Part shown: positions 8,791-18,410 of the stretch, in pieces
How positions within the stretch are numbered: position 1 is the stretch's first letter
Layout of the letters: each line of letters begins with the position of its first letter
NCBI GenBank assembly: GCA_038228235.1
Contig: JBBRPK010000008.1
Location: forward strand, 3,027-67,026
DNA length: 64,000 bases
Source: Verrucomicrobiota bacterium
GTDB taxonomy: Bacteria > Verrucomicrobiota > Verrucomicrobiia > Limisphaerales > JBBRPK01
Reading direction: 5' to 3'
Notes under the pieces: model-generated
What the model was told of the DNA's origin: nothing
Database searches by the model: none
What the model saw: the letters and a program-made list of their open reading frames with translations, nothing else
Made by a program: the position numbers and the translations under genes

Positions 8791-9681
8791 TCAATGCAGT
8801 GGAACAAAGCCTTCCTTTTCGACGATTTTTTGTCCCGCGGGCGAGAGAATCCACTCAATGTAAGCCTTTACTTCGCCGGTTGGCTCGCCGGCAGTGTAGA
8901 GGTAAAGCTTGCGCGCGATGGGGTATTTCCCATTGCGGGCCACGTCGATGCCTGGCTCGATGCCCGGTTCGCCTTTTTTGTTTGAGACCTTTAGCCAATT
9001 CACGCTCGGCGTTTTGTAGCCCATCCCGCTGTAACCCAAGCCAGTTGCGGTCTTCGCAACGTTCTCGACCACTTCTGAGGAACCGTTCATCTCGCTAATG
9101 CCACCGCGGAACTCGCGCTGCTTGCCATCCTTCTTGCCGCAGACGTGCTCACGGAAATAATCGTAAGTGCCCGAGTTGTTCTGACGGCCAAACAGCGCGA
9201 TCTTGCCATGCATGGCCGGATTGACTTGCTCCCAGTCTGTAATCGCGCCGCCCTCGGCCCAGATCTCGCGCAGTTCTCCGATTGAGATTTCCTTAGTCGG
9301 GTTGGAAGGGTTTGCATAGACGGCGAGCGCGTCGTAAGCGGTGGCGAACTCCTGGGCCTCTTTTCCTGTAATCTCCTTAACCTTGGCGCGCTCCTCGGCC
9401 TTAATGTCGCGCGAAGCATTGCAAATGTCCGTCTGATTATTCTGCAAAGCAGCAAAGCCGGTGCCGGAGCCGCCCCCGTTGACGTTCACACGGACGTTCG
9501 GTTTCACCTTCTGATAGGCCTCCGACCAGGCCTGAGCCAGTTGAACCATCGTGTCGGAGCCCTTGACCCGGATTTCGACGATTTTTTTTCGATCAGCCGC
9601 ACAAGCGCGCTGCCAGAGACCAGCGGATATGATAGCAACGACACAGACCGCCAAAACGGCTCTCATTCGTGAATTATTCAT
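8791..9681 (-). CDS. pstS: Phosphate ABC transporter substrate-binding protein PstS
   Basis: Signal peptide, then KGSDTM, NGGGSGTG, DICNASR, GRQNNSGTYDYF, YPIARKLY. Start taken at ATG 9681 (overlaps the phoU stop). Confidence 0.92.
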   Translation of the reverse strand: MNNSRMRAVLAVCVVAIISAGLWQRACAADRKKIVEIRVKGSDTMVQLAQAWSEAYQKVKPNVRVNVNGGGSGTGFAALQNNQTDICNASRDIKAEERAKVKEITGKEAQEFATAYDALAVYANPSNPTKEISIGELREIWAEGGAITDWEQVNPAMHGKIALFGRQNNSGTYDYFREHVCGKKDGKQREFRGGISEMNGSSEVVENVAKTATGLGYSGMGYKTPSVNWLKVSNKKGEPGIEPGIDVARNGKYPIARKLYLYTAGEPTGEVKAYIEWILSPAGQKIVEKEGFVPLH

Positions 9682-10792
9682 AAGTTTTCTTTTCGGCATT
9701 TTGTTCTCCCAGGATCGCCTGGGAGAGATCCCGGATATGGGTATTGATGTATTGGAACGTGGCTTCGTACGCCGCCCGAACTTCTTGAGGCGAACCCTCC
9801 ACGAAGGAGGGATCTTTCACATTCCAGTCGAGACCTACCGTCTTGGTTGGCGGGGGCGGGAAAACTCTTTGCGCCTCGTGCGCCAGGGCCACAACCACCT
9901 GGTAATGATCGAGGTTCGGGATCTGGCTGACGGACTTTGATTTGTGATGCGAAATATCAATCCCCCGATCGGCCAGAAACTCCGCAGTCAGAGGATCGAT
10001 GGGATGAGGGTCTATGCCAGCGCTGCTGAATACGAATTCCGGCCGTCCCAGCGAGTTCGCAATCCCTTCTGCCATCTGGCTCCGGCAGGCGTTCCGAATA
10101 TCGACAAAGAGGACCCGCAGCACCTCGGTGCCTTTATGTTTGGCATACTCGCCGGTGCACATGTAAAGCACCTCTTCACAAATGTTTTTCGCCTGGTCCG
10201 AAACCCGTTCGAAGCGCCGGGCAATGGTCAGCAGAGGGGTGAGGGCTTCCAAGGGAATTTTGCCGAGCTGATATTGCTGCATCAAAGCGGCATTGATGCC
10301 ATTGCGCAGGAGATCAACTTCTTCTTCGATGGCCATGGTGCTCCGGGCCAACTCCGGCTTTTGATCGACGAATGCCTGCACGGCTTGCTGGAGCATCGGA
10401 ATGGAGAGGTTGGCAATGGCGGCGAATTTTTCGTACGAAGGCTGGGGTTCCAGAGAACTAATCTTCAAGACCTGCCGGGCGATGCTTTCAGCATAATCGC
10501 CGATTCGTTCCAACTCTAAATTAATCTTGATCGTGGCATAGACAAACCTCAAATGCCCGCCGGCTGGCTGCTGGCGCACCAAAAATTCCAGGCAAAGCCG
10601 ATCCAACTCCTTTTCCAACTCATCGATATACTGATCTCGCAAAATGATCGAGTAAGCCAACTGCCGGTTTCGCTCTACCAGCGCCTGCAGACTGCTTTTG
10701 AGAGCGCGTTCCGCCAGTCCCGCCATCTCCAGGACCTTTTTGCGGATGAGCTTTACATCGCGTTGCAGGGATTCTTCAAAATGCGACAACAT
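9674..10792 (-). CDS. phoU: PhoU fused to a C-terminal ArsC/LMW-PTP-like domain
   Basis: N-terminal ~220 aa are PhoU (DQYIDELE, LERIGDYAESIA, FERVSDQAKNICE); C-terminal ~150 aa read VLFVDIRNACRSQMAEG...SAGIDP...SKS...WNVKDP. Confidence 0.92.
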   Translation of the reverse strand: MLSHFEESLQRDVKLIRKKVLEMAGLAERALKSSLQALVERNRQLAYSIILRDQYIDELEKELDRLCLEFLVRQQPAGGHLRFVYATIKINLELERIGDYAESIARQVLKISSLEPQPSYEKFAAIANLSIPMLQQAVQAFVDQKPELARSTMAIEEEVDLLRNGINAALMQQYQLGKIPLEALTPLLTIARRFERVSDQAKNICEEVLYMCTGEYAKHKGTEVLRVLFVDIRNACRSQMAEGIANSLGRPEFVFSSAGIDPHPIDPLTAEFLADRGIDISHHKSKSVSQIPNLDHYQVVVALAHEAQRVFPPPPTKTVGLDWNVKDPSFVEGSPQEVRAAYEATFQYINTHIRDLSQAILGEQNAEKKTYE

Positions 10793-10819
10793 AATCGTGT
10801 CTAAGTTCTACTCGCGGCG

Positions 10820-10847
10820 TGTTACGAATAGGTGTCGACTCTGTTAC
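10820..10847 (-). promoter_or_regulatory. Possible Pho-box-like direct repeat upstream of phoU-pst
   Basis: Minus strand GTAACA-N5-GACACC-N5-GTAACA (11-bp register, outer copies identical), 28-55 bp upstream of the phoU start. Middle copy is poor. Confidence 0.3.
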
Positions 10848-11110
10848 TTCCAGGTGAAGAACCCCGGAATTGCGCTGGACAGGCGAATTGCAAGACCCAC
10901 AAGATCGACGCATGGTATGGGTCGAGTCGGAAGCGGAATAAATTCCGCGCTCCCGAGCCGAGGCGGTTTATGGCTTCCAAAAGATTCAAAGAAATGGAGC
11001 AATTCTCATTAGGCATCACATCGGCCTCGTTTTTCTTTGTCCCTCTACTCCAGGGCCCACCCCAGTTCTCATCTTGAGGTCGCTTCCCGATACTGCCATT
11101 CTCCGAAGGA

Positions 11111-11926
11111 ATGAACCGTATCGTGGAACGCTTTTCCCGGCTTCGCAAAGAAGGACGGAAGGGTTTTGTCGTTTACATTGGGGCCGGGGATCCGAGCCTC
11201 GAAGCCACGCGCCAGCTTGCTCTGGCCTTCGATGCCCTTGGTGTGGATGTGCTCGAGTTGGGCGTCCCATTTAGCGACCCGTTGGCGGATGGACTCGTCA
11301 ACCAATTGGCCGCCCAGCGCGGTCTCGAATCCGGCACGACCCCGCCTAAGGTCCTGGAAACCGTCCAGGCAATTCGTGAAGACACGCCAATTCCAGTCGT
11401 GCTCTACATTTACTACAACTTGATCCATCACTACGGATTGGAGAATTTCATTCAGGATGCGGCTCGGTCCGGCGTGGATGGCTTGCTGGTTCTTGATCTG
11501 CCCCCGGAAGAATCGGCCAATTATGAGTCCTTGATGCGGGAGGCGGGGCTGTGCGTCATTTACCTCATCGCTCCCACCACTCCCGACGAGAGGATCGAGA
11601 TGATCGTCAAGCGTGCCACCGGATTTATCTACTACGTCTCGCGGGAAGGAGTGACTGGCATGCAGGAAAAGGTCTCTGAAACCATCACGCAGATGACGGC
11701 AAAAATCCGTGCCCATACGGACCTTCCCATCGCCGTCGGTTTTGGCATTTCGAATCCGGAGCAAGCGCGTGCCGTCGCGGCGAACTCCGAAGCCATCGTG
11801 GTCGGAAGCGCCATCGTCAACCAAATCGCGCGCTACGGAAAAAGCGCCGATTTAGTACAGCGCGTCACAGAATTTGTGAAACCACTGGTGCTGGCAATTG
11901 AGGCGAGCAAGTCACACTTTCCTTAA
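11111..11926 (+). CDS. trpA: Tryptophan synthase alpha chain
   Basis: YIGAGDP, LELGVPFSDPLADGLVNQLA, YYVSREGVTG, VGFGIS, IVVGSAIV. Confidence 0.97.
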   Translation: MNRIVERFSRLRKEGRKGFVVYIGAGDPSLEATRQLALAFDALGVDVLELGVPFSDPLADGLVNQLAAQRGLESGTTPPKVLETVQAIREDTPIPVVLYIYYNLIHHYGLENFIQDAARSGVDGLLVLDLPPEESANYESLMREAGLCVIYLIAPTTPDERIEMIVKRATGFIYYVSREGVTGMQEKVSETITQMTAKIRAHTDLPIAVGFGISNPEQARAVAANSEAIVVGSAIVNQIARYGKSADLVQRVTEFVKPLVLAIEASKSHFP

Positions 11927-11948
11927 ACCTCTGAGTTTTACCCCCAGC

Positions 11949-12036
11949 AACTCGCCGTGGTTGACTGATCGATTTGGCGGCTCCTCCGGTCTCATCGATA
12001 CGCCTGCTTCGGCGGCGTTTCTGGCGACTGCGAGTT
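11949..12036 (+). other. Putative structured RNA element or terminator between trpA and manC
   Basis: AACTCGC/GCGAGTT closing stem, an ATCGAT/ATCGAT inner stem, and an ACGCC-t-GC(TTCG)GC-GGCGT cUUCGg hairpin. No family recognised. Confidence 0.3.
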
Positions 12037-12221
12037 CACTGTCGACGTTTTAAAGGTTTTGCCCACATGTGGGGCTTGCCTCCCAAAAATGTCCTATCCC
12101 AGGTTACTCTTCCTCTTTGACGAGGGCCTCAATTTGCTTACATTGATCACCATATATGAAGATGGAAATTTGTTTCAGACTGACAATTGGTAGGGAAATC
12201 GCTGTGGCAACGATTTGAAGA

Positions 12222-13352
12222 ATGAAAACTAAATCTGATATCAACAACCGTTTTGTCATCATCATGGCGGGGGGTAGGGGTGAGCGGTTCTGGCCCGTGA
12301 GCCGCCAGGCCACGCCCAAGCAACTCATTACACTGCTGGGCAATCGTTCTTTCCTGCAACAAGCGGTGGACCGGGTGCTTCCGATCGTGCCGCTCAAGAA
12401 CATCCTAATTATTACCAACGAGATGCAGGCGCCCCAAGTGCGCCGGCAACTGCCAAAATTGCCCAGAGAAAATGTGGTGGCCGAGCCGGTCGGGCGCGAC
12501 ACTTGTGCGGCGGTCACGCTTGGCGCCGCCCTGGTTGGCGCGCGTTCCACCACGGGAGTGATGGCGGTCCTTCCCGCTGACCACGTCATCCCCGAAGAGA
12601 AGAAATTTCAACAGGTCCTCTCGGATTCCTTCGATTTGGCCAGTCGCGGCCAGGTCATTGTGACGATTGGGATTAAGCCCACCGAGCCGAATACCGGCTA
12701 TGGCTATATTCACGTTGGGGACCCGCTTCCGCCGCCCCACGGCTTGAAGCCCTACAAAACCACCTTTTTCAAAGCCGAACGGTTTGTCGAAAAACCGCAC
12801 TACGAAAAGGCGGTGGAATACCTTAACAGCGGACACTACCGATGGAACGCGGGCATGTTTATTTGGTCTTTTGTCACCGTAACGCAGGGCTTGGAGAAAC
12901 ATCAGCCGGAGATGGCCGGCGCTTGCCAGCGATGGTTTAAAGCCGCAACCTCGCCCGCCAAACTAAGCAAAGTTTTGGCCAAGGAATATCCTGAGATTAA
13001 AAAAATCTCCATCGATTTCGCGCTCATGGAGCATGCCCAAAACGTGGTCGTGGCCGACGGATCCTTTGAGTGGGATGATCTCGGCTCCTGGACGGCTCTG
13101 GCCCGCCACATAAAGCCTGACGCGGATGGGAATTGCGCAGTGGCGGATTTCATCCACGTAGATGCAGCACGGAACGTGGTCTATGATGCGCGGGTTAAAA
13201 ACCGCACCCCGATCGCAATCGTGGGGCTGCGCGATTCCATTATCGTCCAGACCGATGATGCCACGCTCGTGGCCCACAAAAGCCAGGCCCAGAAAGTAAA
13301 AGAACTGGTGGCCAAGCTGGCCGCGACCAAACAGTACAAAAAGCTGGTTTGA
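12222..13352 (+). CDS. manC: Mannose-1-phosphate guanylyltransferase (GMP domain only)
   Basis: [60 protein letters not shown]. Confidence 0.95.
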   Translation: MKTKSDINNRFVIIMAGGRGERFWPVSRQATPKQLITLLGNRSFLQQAVDRVLPIVPLKNILIITNEMQAPQVRRQLPKLPRENVVAEPVGRDTCAAVTLGAALVGARSTTGVMAVLPADHVIPEEKKFQQVLSDSFDLASRGQVIVTIGIKPTEPNTGYGYIHVGDPLPPPHGLKPYKTTFFKAERFVEKPHYEKAVEYLNSGHYRWNAGMFIWSFVTVTQGLEKHQPEMAGACQRWFKAATSPAKLSKVLAKEYPEIKKISIDFALMEHAQNVVVADGSFEWDDLGSWTALARHIKPDADGNCAVADFIHVDAARNVVYDARVKNRTPIAIVGLRDSIIVQTDDATLVAHKSQAQKVKELVAKLAATKQYKKLV

Positions 13353-14440
13353 AGCACATTATTATGGGATTCCGCCCGACACAAGACTTGCGGGTCAAAG
13401 CCACGGTCCGGCTCTTGACTCCGCGCGCTTTAAAGGCGGAGGCCCCCATGACGGGAGTGGCGAATGAGACCGTGGTGAGTTCACGTGAATTGATCACACG
13501 GATTTTGCAACGGCATGACCCGCGCTTTTTGGTGGTGGCCGGCCCTTGTTCAATTCACGATCCGAAAGGCGCTCTTGAATACGCCGCTAAGCTCAATGCA
13601 CTCCGGAAAGAATTAGGCGATCACCTCTGTGTTATCATGCGGGTCTATTTCGAAAAGCCCCGCACCACCATTGGGTGGAAAGGATTAATTAACGATCCGC
13701 ATCTGGACGGCAGCGACGACATCGAAGGCGGTTTGAAAATTGCCCGCAACCTGCTGCTGGAGATCACGAGCATGGGGTTGCCGGCCGCTACCGAGTTCCT
13801 GGACCCTGTCATTCCGCAGTACCTCGCGGACTTGATCAGTTGGGCCGCCATTGGGGCGCGCACAACGGAATCCCAAACCCATCGTGCCATGGCAAGCGGA
13901 CTCTCCATGCCGGTGGGATTTAAGAATGGCACCGACGGGAGTCTGCAAATCGCTCTTGATGCTATGCATGCTTCTGGGGCGTCCCACAGTTTTCTGGGCA
14001 TCGATCAGGACGGCGTTACCAGCATTATCCGCACCACGGGCAATCCGGTGGGCCATGTGGTTTTGCGTGGTGGACGCCTCCAGCCGAATTACGATCCGGA
14101 AAGCCTGCGCAACGCTGAAACCCAATTGACCCACGGGGGGTTGCCGCCAGTGCTGATGGTGGATTGCAGTCATGCCAACTCTGGCAAACAACACGCCCGC
14201 CAGGAAGATGTTTGGAGCAGCTTAATCGAGCAGCGTGCCGCAGGAAACCGTGCGCTAATCGGAACGATGGTGGAGAGCTATCTAGAGGAGGGCAGCCAGC
14301 CCTTTCCAAAAACCTCGGATGAACTGCATTACGGAATCTCGATCACAGATGCCTGCCTGGGCTGGGAGGCGACAGAGCGCATGCTGCGGCGCGGCCATGC
14401 TATGCTGGCGAAGACCGCCTTTTCTGCTGAGCATATATGA
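13349..14440 (+). CDS. aroF: 3-deoxy-7-phosphoheptulonate (DAHP) synthase, class I-alpha (aroF/aroG/aroH not distinguishable)
   Basis: [48 protein letters not shown]. Start is TTG 13349 or ATG 13364. Confidence 0.95.
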   Translation: MKHIIMGFRPTQDLRVKATVRLLTPRALKAEAPMTGVANETVVSSRELITRILQRHDPRFLVVAGPCSIHDPKGALEYAAKLNALRKELGDHLCVIMRVYFEKPRTTIGWKGLINDPHLDGSDDIEGGLKIARNLLLEITSMGLPAATEFLDPVIPQYLADLISWAAIGARTTESQTHRAMASGLSMPVGFKNGTDGSLQIALDAMHASGASHSFLGIDQDGVTSIIRTTGNPVGHVVLRGGRLQPNYDPESLRNAETQLTHGGLPPVLMVDCSHANSGKQHARQEDVWSSLIEQRAAGNRALIGTMVESYLEEGSQPFPKTSDELHYGISITDACLGWEATERMLRRGHAMLAKTAFSAEHI

Positions 14441-15102
14441 CGACAACGAATCTGGGATCCTTGCGCGTTTTCAGCACGCCAACAGTGGCCAATGCCATTG
14501 AACTTTTTGAGATCCGGCCACGTAACCAGGGATTCATGTCACCGGAGATTTGCTGCCTTTTTCCAGATCTGGGTGTCATGACCGGCTACGCCGTGACGGG
14601 GCGCTTCGCCGCCGCCGAGCCCGCCACGCATCCTGGCTCGCGCTACGAGTCCTGGAAAAAAATTCTGGAAACCCCCGAGCCCCGCGTGGTCGTTTTGCAG
14701 GACATGGACCAACCGCCAGGTGTGGGGGCATTTTTTGGTGAGGTCATGGCCAATATTCACAAGCGGCTGGGATGTGTCGGGGTGGTGACCAATGGGCATG
14801 TGCGGGATCTGGACGAGGTGCGCGCTCTTGGGTTTCATTTCTTTGCTGGCGGAGTTTGTGTCTCTCATGCTTATGTGCATCTGCTCGATTCTGGTGTTCC
14901 CGTTAACGTAGGTGGGATGACTGTTCGTTCGGGCGACTTGATCCACGCCGACAAACACGGAGTTCTGGTGGTTCCCAAAGAAATCGTGAGCGAGCTTCCC
15001 GCGGCCGCCGCGCGCGTAGCTGAACGCGAGCAGCGGATAATCGCTCATTGCCAGTCCTCAAGTTTTTCGTTGGAAGAATTGAAGAGACTTCTCGAATCGT
15101 GA
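14437..15102 (+). CDS. RraA-like / HMG-CHA aldolase family protein
   Basis: [42 protein letters not shown]; ATGA overlap with DAHP synthase. Confidence 0.85.
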   Translation: MTTTNLGSLRVFSTPTVANAIELFEIRPRNQGFMSPEICCLFPDLGVMTGYAVTGRFAAAEPATHPGSRYESWKKILETPEPRVVVLQDMDQPPGVGAFFGEVMANIHKRLGCVGVVTNGHVRDLDEVRALGFHFFAGGVCVSHAYVHLLDSGVPVNVGGMTVRSGDLIHADKHGVLVVPKEIVSELPAAAARVAEREQRIIAHCQSSSFSLEELKRLLES

Positions 15103-15130
15103 CACGCCGGCCAATATCCAGGCTATACCC

Positions 15131-15715
15131 ATGAGCGAGACCGAGTGGGAAGGCCGGTATGAAACCGGCGACATGCCTTGGGAAAAGGGTGAACCCTCCC
15201 CAGGTTTGGTGGATTTTTTGGCGGCTCATCCAGAGCTCACGCGGGGCACAGTGGGCGTGCCGGGGTGCGGCACCGGGCATGATGTGCGCGCTTGGGCCAG
15301 GTCCGGTTTTCAGGCCTTCGGCTTCGACGTCGCGCCCTCTGCCATTCGTATTTCAGAGGAGAAGACGGCCAGTCTCGGTTCGAGCGCTCAATTTTTCCGA
15401 GCTGACTTTCTCTTCGATAAACCGCCCCAACCTTTCGATTGGCTGTTTGAACACACCCTGTTTTGCGCCATCGACCCCGGGCGCCGCGAAGATTACGTCC
15501 AGGCCGTTCTCCGTTGGATCAAGAACGAGGGCCAATTTCTCGCCGTCCATTATCTGATTCCCGATAAGGATGGTCCTCCCTTCGGCACCACGCGGGAAGA
15601 AGTTCTGAAGAGATTTTCACCACACTTTAAGTTGCTTCAAGAATGGGTGCCGCGCTCGTATCCGAACCGCACTGGATTGGAGTTGATGCTGTGGTGGCAG
15701 AAGAAGGATGACTGA
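15131..15715 (+). CDS. Thiopurine S-methyltransferase-like SAM-dependent methyltransferase
   Basis: WEGRYETGDMPWEKG, VPGCGTGHD, FEHTLFCAIDP, GPPFG. Confidence 0.9.
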   Translation: MSETEWEGRYETGDMPWEKGEPSPGLVDFLAAHPELTRGTVGVPGCGTGHDVRAWARSGFQAFGFDVAPSAIRISEEKTASLGSSAQFFRADFLFDKPPQPFDWLFEHTLFCAIDPGRREDYVQAVLRWIKNEGQFLAVHYLIPDKDGPPFGTTREEVLKRFSPHFKLLQEWVPRSYPNRTGLELMLWWQKKDD

Positions 15716-15726
15716 AGACCGAGGAC

Positions 15727-15786
15727 GGCGGATAGAAGGCCGAAGGCGGAAGACGGAAATCCGTCCTCCGCCTCCTGTCCTCCGCC
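15727..15786. terminator. GC-rich hairpin between convergent genes, built of degenerate heptamers
   Basis: GGCGGAAGACGGA-aa-TCCGTCCTCCGCC inner stem (one mismatch) plus an outer GGCGGA/TCCGCC pair, between the methyltransferase stop and the recF stop. No U-tract. Confidence 0.45.
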
Positions 15787-15793
15787 GCTTGCA

Positions 15794-16879
15794 TCATTCC
15801 TTTGGCATTCTCAAGAGAGCTCCGCCCTGCACTTCCCAACGCTGCAAGTCGCGCCCCAATTCCCTCGGCCAGTTCTCCTCTGTAGCGGTCATGAAAACCT
15901 GGCCGCGCGCCTGATGCGCTCGCTCTAACAGAGGCAAAAATCCGATGCGCCGCTTCACATCCAGCTCGCCCATCACATCATCAATCAGCAAAATCGGCGG
16001 CGAACCATGAAGGGCCGTCAAATATTCGGCCTGTGTCAGCTTGAGAGCGATGGCAATGGTTCGCTTTTGGCCCTCGCTTCCGAACTGGGCTGCGGAATGA
16101 TCGCCTAACATAAGCTGCAATTCATCGCGATGCGGACCGATGAGGGTCGAACGATAGGCCCGCTCGCGAGGCCGTGACTGCGCCAGTTCCACCGTGAAAT
16201 CCTTCTTGATGCTGGGCAGGTATTCCAACCGCAATTCTTCGGCGTCGTTGGAAATGTTGCGATAAGCCAGCCGAGCGATAGGCGAAAGGCCAGGGACCAA
16301 TCCAGAGCGCAGGCGAGTCAGTTCCTCGCCCAGCCTGATAACCTCGAAAGAAAAGCTTTCCAATGCGGCTTCATCGACATGCGAATGCTTTAAAAGCGCG
16401 TTGCGAGAGCGGAGGGCCTGGGCGTAGCGCTGCAACAACGGCAAATAAGCAGGCTGTGTTTGCGAGAGCAGCAAATCCAGAAATCTCCGCCGGCTCCGTC
16501 CGGTGCCCTTGATCAACTGCAGGTCTTCTGTGCAGAATATGACCGTCCGCAAGACCCCCAGATAGTCCGTCAACTTCCGAACCGGCTGGCCGTCGAGACT
16601 GAGGTTCCGCTCGCGCAAGGACCAGTACATTTTGATGTCATGCTCACCTCGCCCCACTACTTTCCCGCCGGTGAAATAACCTTTCTGCCCGTGGCGAATC
16701 ATGTGCGAGCCGCCGACGCCTCGGAAGGAGCGCAGGGTGGCCATGAGGTAAATGGCCTCCAGAATGTTAGTCTTCCCCTGGGCATTCCCGCCCAGCAGGA
16801 GATGAAAGCCAGGCGCAAAGTCAGTGTCCAGCCTCGCATAATTGCGGAAATCACGAAGGCGGAGATGAGCCAAATGCAC
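15794..16879 (-). CDS. recF: DNA replication and repair protein RecF
   Basis: LRDFRNY, GGNAQGKTNILEAI, RRRFLD, GPHRDEL, GSEGQKRT, LLIDDVMGELD. Confidence 0.97.
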   Translation of the reverse strand: MHLAHLRLRDFRNYARLDTDFAPGFHLLLGGNAQGKTNILEAIYLMATLRSFRGVGGSHMIRHGQKGYFTGGKVVGRGEHDIKMYWSLRERNLSLDGQPVRKLTDYLGVLRTVIFCTEDLQLIKGTGRSRRRFLDLLLSQTQPAYLPLLQRYAQALRSRNALLKHSHVDEAALESFSFEVIRLGEELTRLRSGLVPGLSPIARLAYRNISNDAEELRLEYLPSIKKDFTVELAQSRPRERAYRSTLIGPHRDELQLMLGDHSAAQFGSEGQKRTIAIALKLTQAEYLTALHGSPPILLIDDVMGELDVKRRIGFLPLLERAHQARGQVFMTATEENWPRELGRDLQRWEVQGGALLRMPKE

Positions 16880-16993
16880 ATGGAAACATGCAGGCGCGGG
16901 TCACTCTCCGCAAGTCTGAGACTGAAAATCTGACCTCAAAGGATCTCGATTATCGCAAATGATACATTGGTGCAGATAGCCTGTTCGCGGAGA

Positions 16994-18184
16994 TCACGTC
17001 TGTGCTGCGATTTTTGATGGAACTCCCCAACTTCGGGCCTCGGCAAAATTGGCTTGAGGAAGCCAGAGGTGGAAGGTGGTTTGGTCTGGCTGCGCGGATT
17101 CCAGGGAGATGGCTCCAGAGCTTTCCTCCGCGAAAACTCTGGCGGAATGGCGCGCTAGATCAGGCGGCTCGATAGAGGTCTCCGGGGAAGCGTCGGGATA
17201 AAATGTCGCATTGGCGCGTTTGGCCGTCGAACCAGTCCCGACGGTGCTCACACTCAGACCGATCACAGGACAGCGGGGGAAGATTCCTTGAAGTTGAGTC
17301 AACACCGGCGGCGCGTCGTAACGCGAGGACTGGAAGTGGAGTTTGCCATGTCCCGGGATAGTATTCACGGCGCTTAAGGCCAGGCTCAGAAGGACCCGCC
17401 GGAATTCCACCCCATCAACATACACCGGGAGCGGCTCCGCCCCGAGTTTGGAACTCGAACTGAGCTCGATACGTTTGCAAACCACTTTGCCCAGGATTTC
17501 CAAGGTCTCGGTGACGATCGCATTCACGTCTTGATAATCGCAACTGCCGGTTTTTGCCTGGGAAAGGCGAGTGATGCGGAGAATGAGTTGGCTGGCCTCC
17601 TGGGCCTTCTGCTTGATCACGGAAAGGCTTTCATGGAACTCATGCTCCATACTGAGTTGCGCCAGGCATGCTTCGCTCATGGACAAAATGCCAGTGAGCA
17701 CATTGTTGAAATCATGCGCCAAGCCGGGGGTGAGATCGGCCAGCGTTTCCTTCCAAGCCGCCAGCAGCAACCTCCGTTCGGCGAGGGTCTGGCGGGTGAC
17801 ATCCACCCAAAAGCCTTCGTAACCAAAAACCGTCCCGCTTTTATCGAGAAGCGCGCGGCGGGATTCGGAAACATAGGACACCTGACCCGTGTTTGGATGG
17901 CAAACGCGGTAGTCGTGAGATACCCATTGCCCGGATTGTTGACAAAGCTCGATTTGTTTTTGGAGCATGACAACATCGGCGGGATGGACGATGGCCCAAA
18001 ATTGCTCCGGGGTAAAGCGCATGGGTTTCGAGGTGGCCTCCATCAATTTTTCCATCTCGGGAGCGGCCCATTCAAAACTCAAGTCGGCGCGCTGTTTAAA
18101 GAAAAGACCAGGCCAGGATTGGCACGGGTGAGTTGCGTTGGAGTTCGGGGTCGCTGTCGGGTGGTTTTTGGGCGGTCGCTTCAT
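16994..18184 (-). CDS. Cytoplasmic PAS + HisKA protein with a degenerate HATPase domain (pseudo-kinase or phosphotransferase-like)
   Basis: PAS segment (VHPADVVML...HDYRV...GYEGFWVDVT), H-box LAHDFNNVLTGI; the catalytic domain has SLALSA for the N-box, STVGTG for G1 and no GxGLGL. Confidence 0.8.
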   Translation of the reverse strand: MKRPPKNHPTATPNSNATHPCQSWPGLFFKQRADLSFEWAAPEMEKLMEATSKPMRFTPEQFWAIVHPADVVMLQKQIELCQQSGQWVSHDYRVCHPNTGQVSYVSESRRALLDKSGTVFGYEGFWVDVTRQTLAERRLLLAAWKETLADLTPGLAHDFNNVLTGILSMSEACLAQLSMEHEFHESLSVIKQKAQEASQLILRITRLSQAKTGSCDYQDVNAIVTETLEILGKVVCKRIELSSSSKLGAEPLPVYVDGVEFRRVLLSLALSAVNTIPGHGKLHFQSSRYDAPPVLTQLQGIFPRCPVIGLSVSTVGTGSTAKRANATFYPDASPETSIEPPDLARHSARVFAEESSGAISLESAQPDQTTFHLWLPQANFAEARSWGVPSKIAAQT

Positions 18185-18410
18185 GCACTTAAACCAAGGC
18201 CACTAATGTGGGGAACCGCCGGGGATGTGCAAGCAATTGTTACCGAAAAACGCGAGCTGATTTTCCACTCCGAGATTTGTCCCTGTCTGCTGCTAGAATA
18301 AAATTGCGGCTGTTCCGATTAGTCTGGACGAAGAGCAGAGCAGTTTCTACACTCGGACTCAGACGCAATGAAGACCCTCAGTAAAACCTAACAGGAACCG
18401 GGAACCAACT

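Noticed and set aside
11111-11926. trpA without an adjacent trpB
   Set aside because: Split trp genes are common; nothing in the TrpA sequence looks abnormal.
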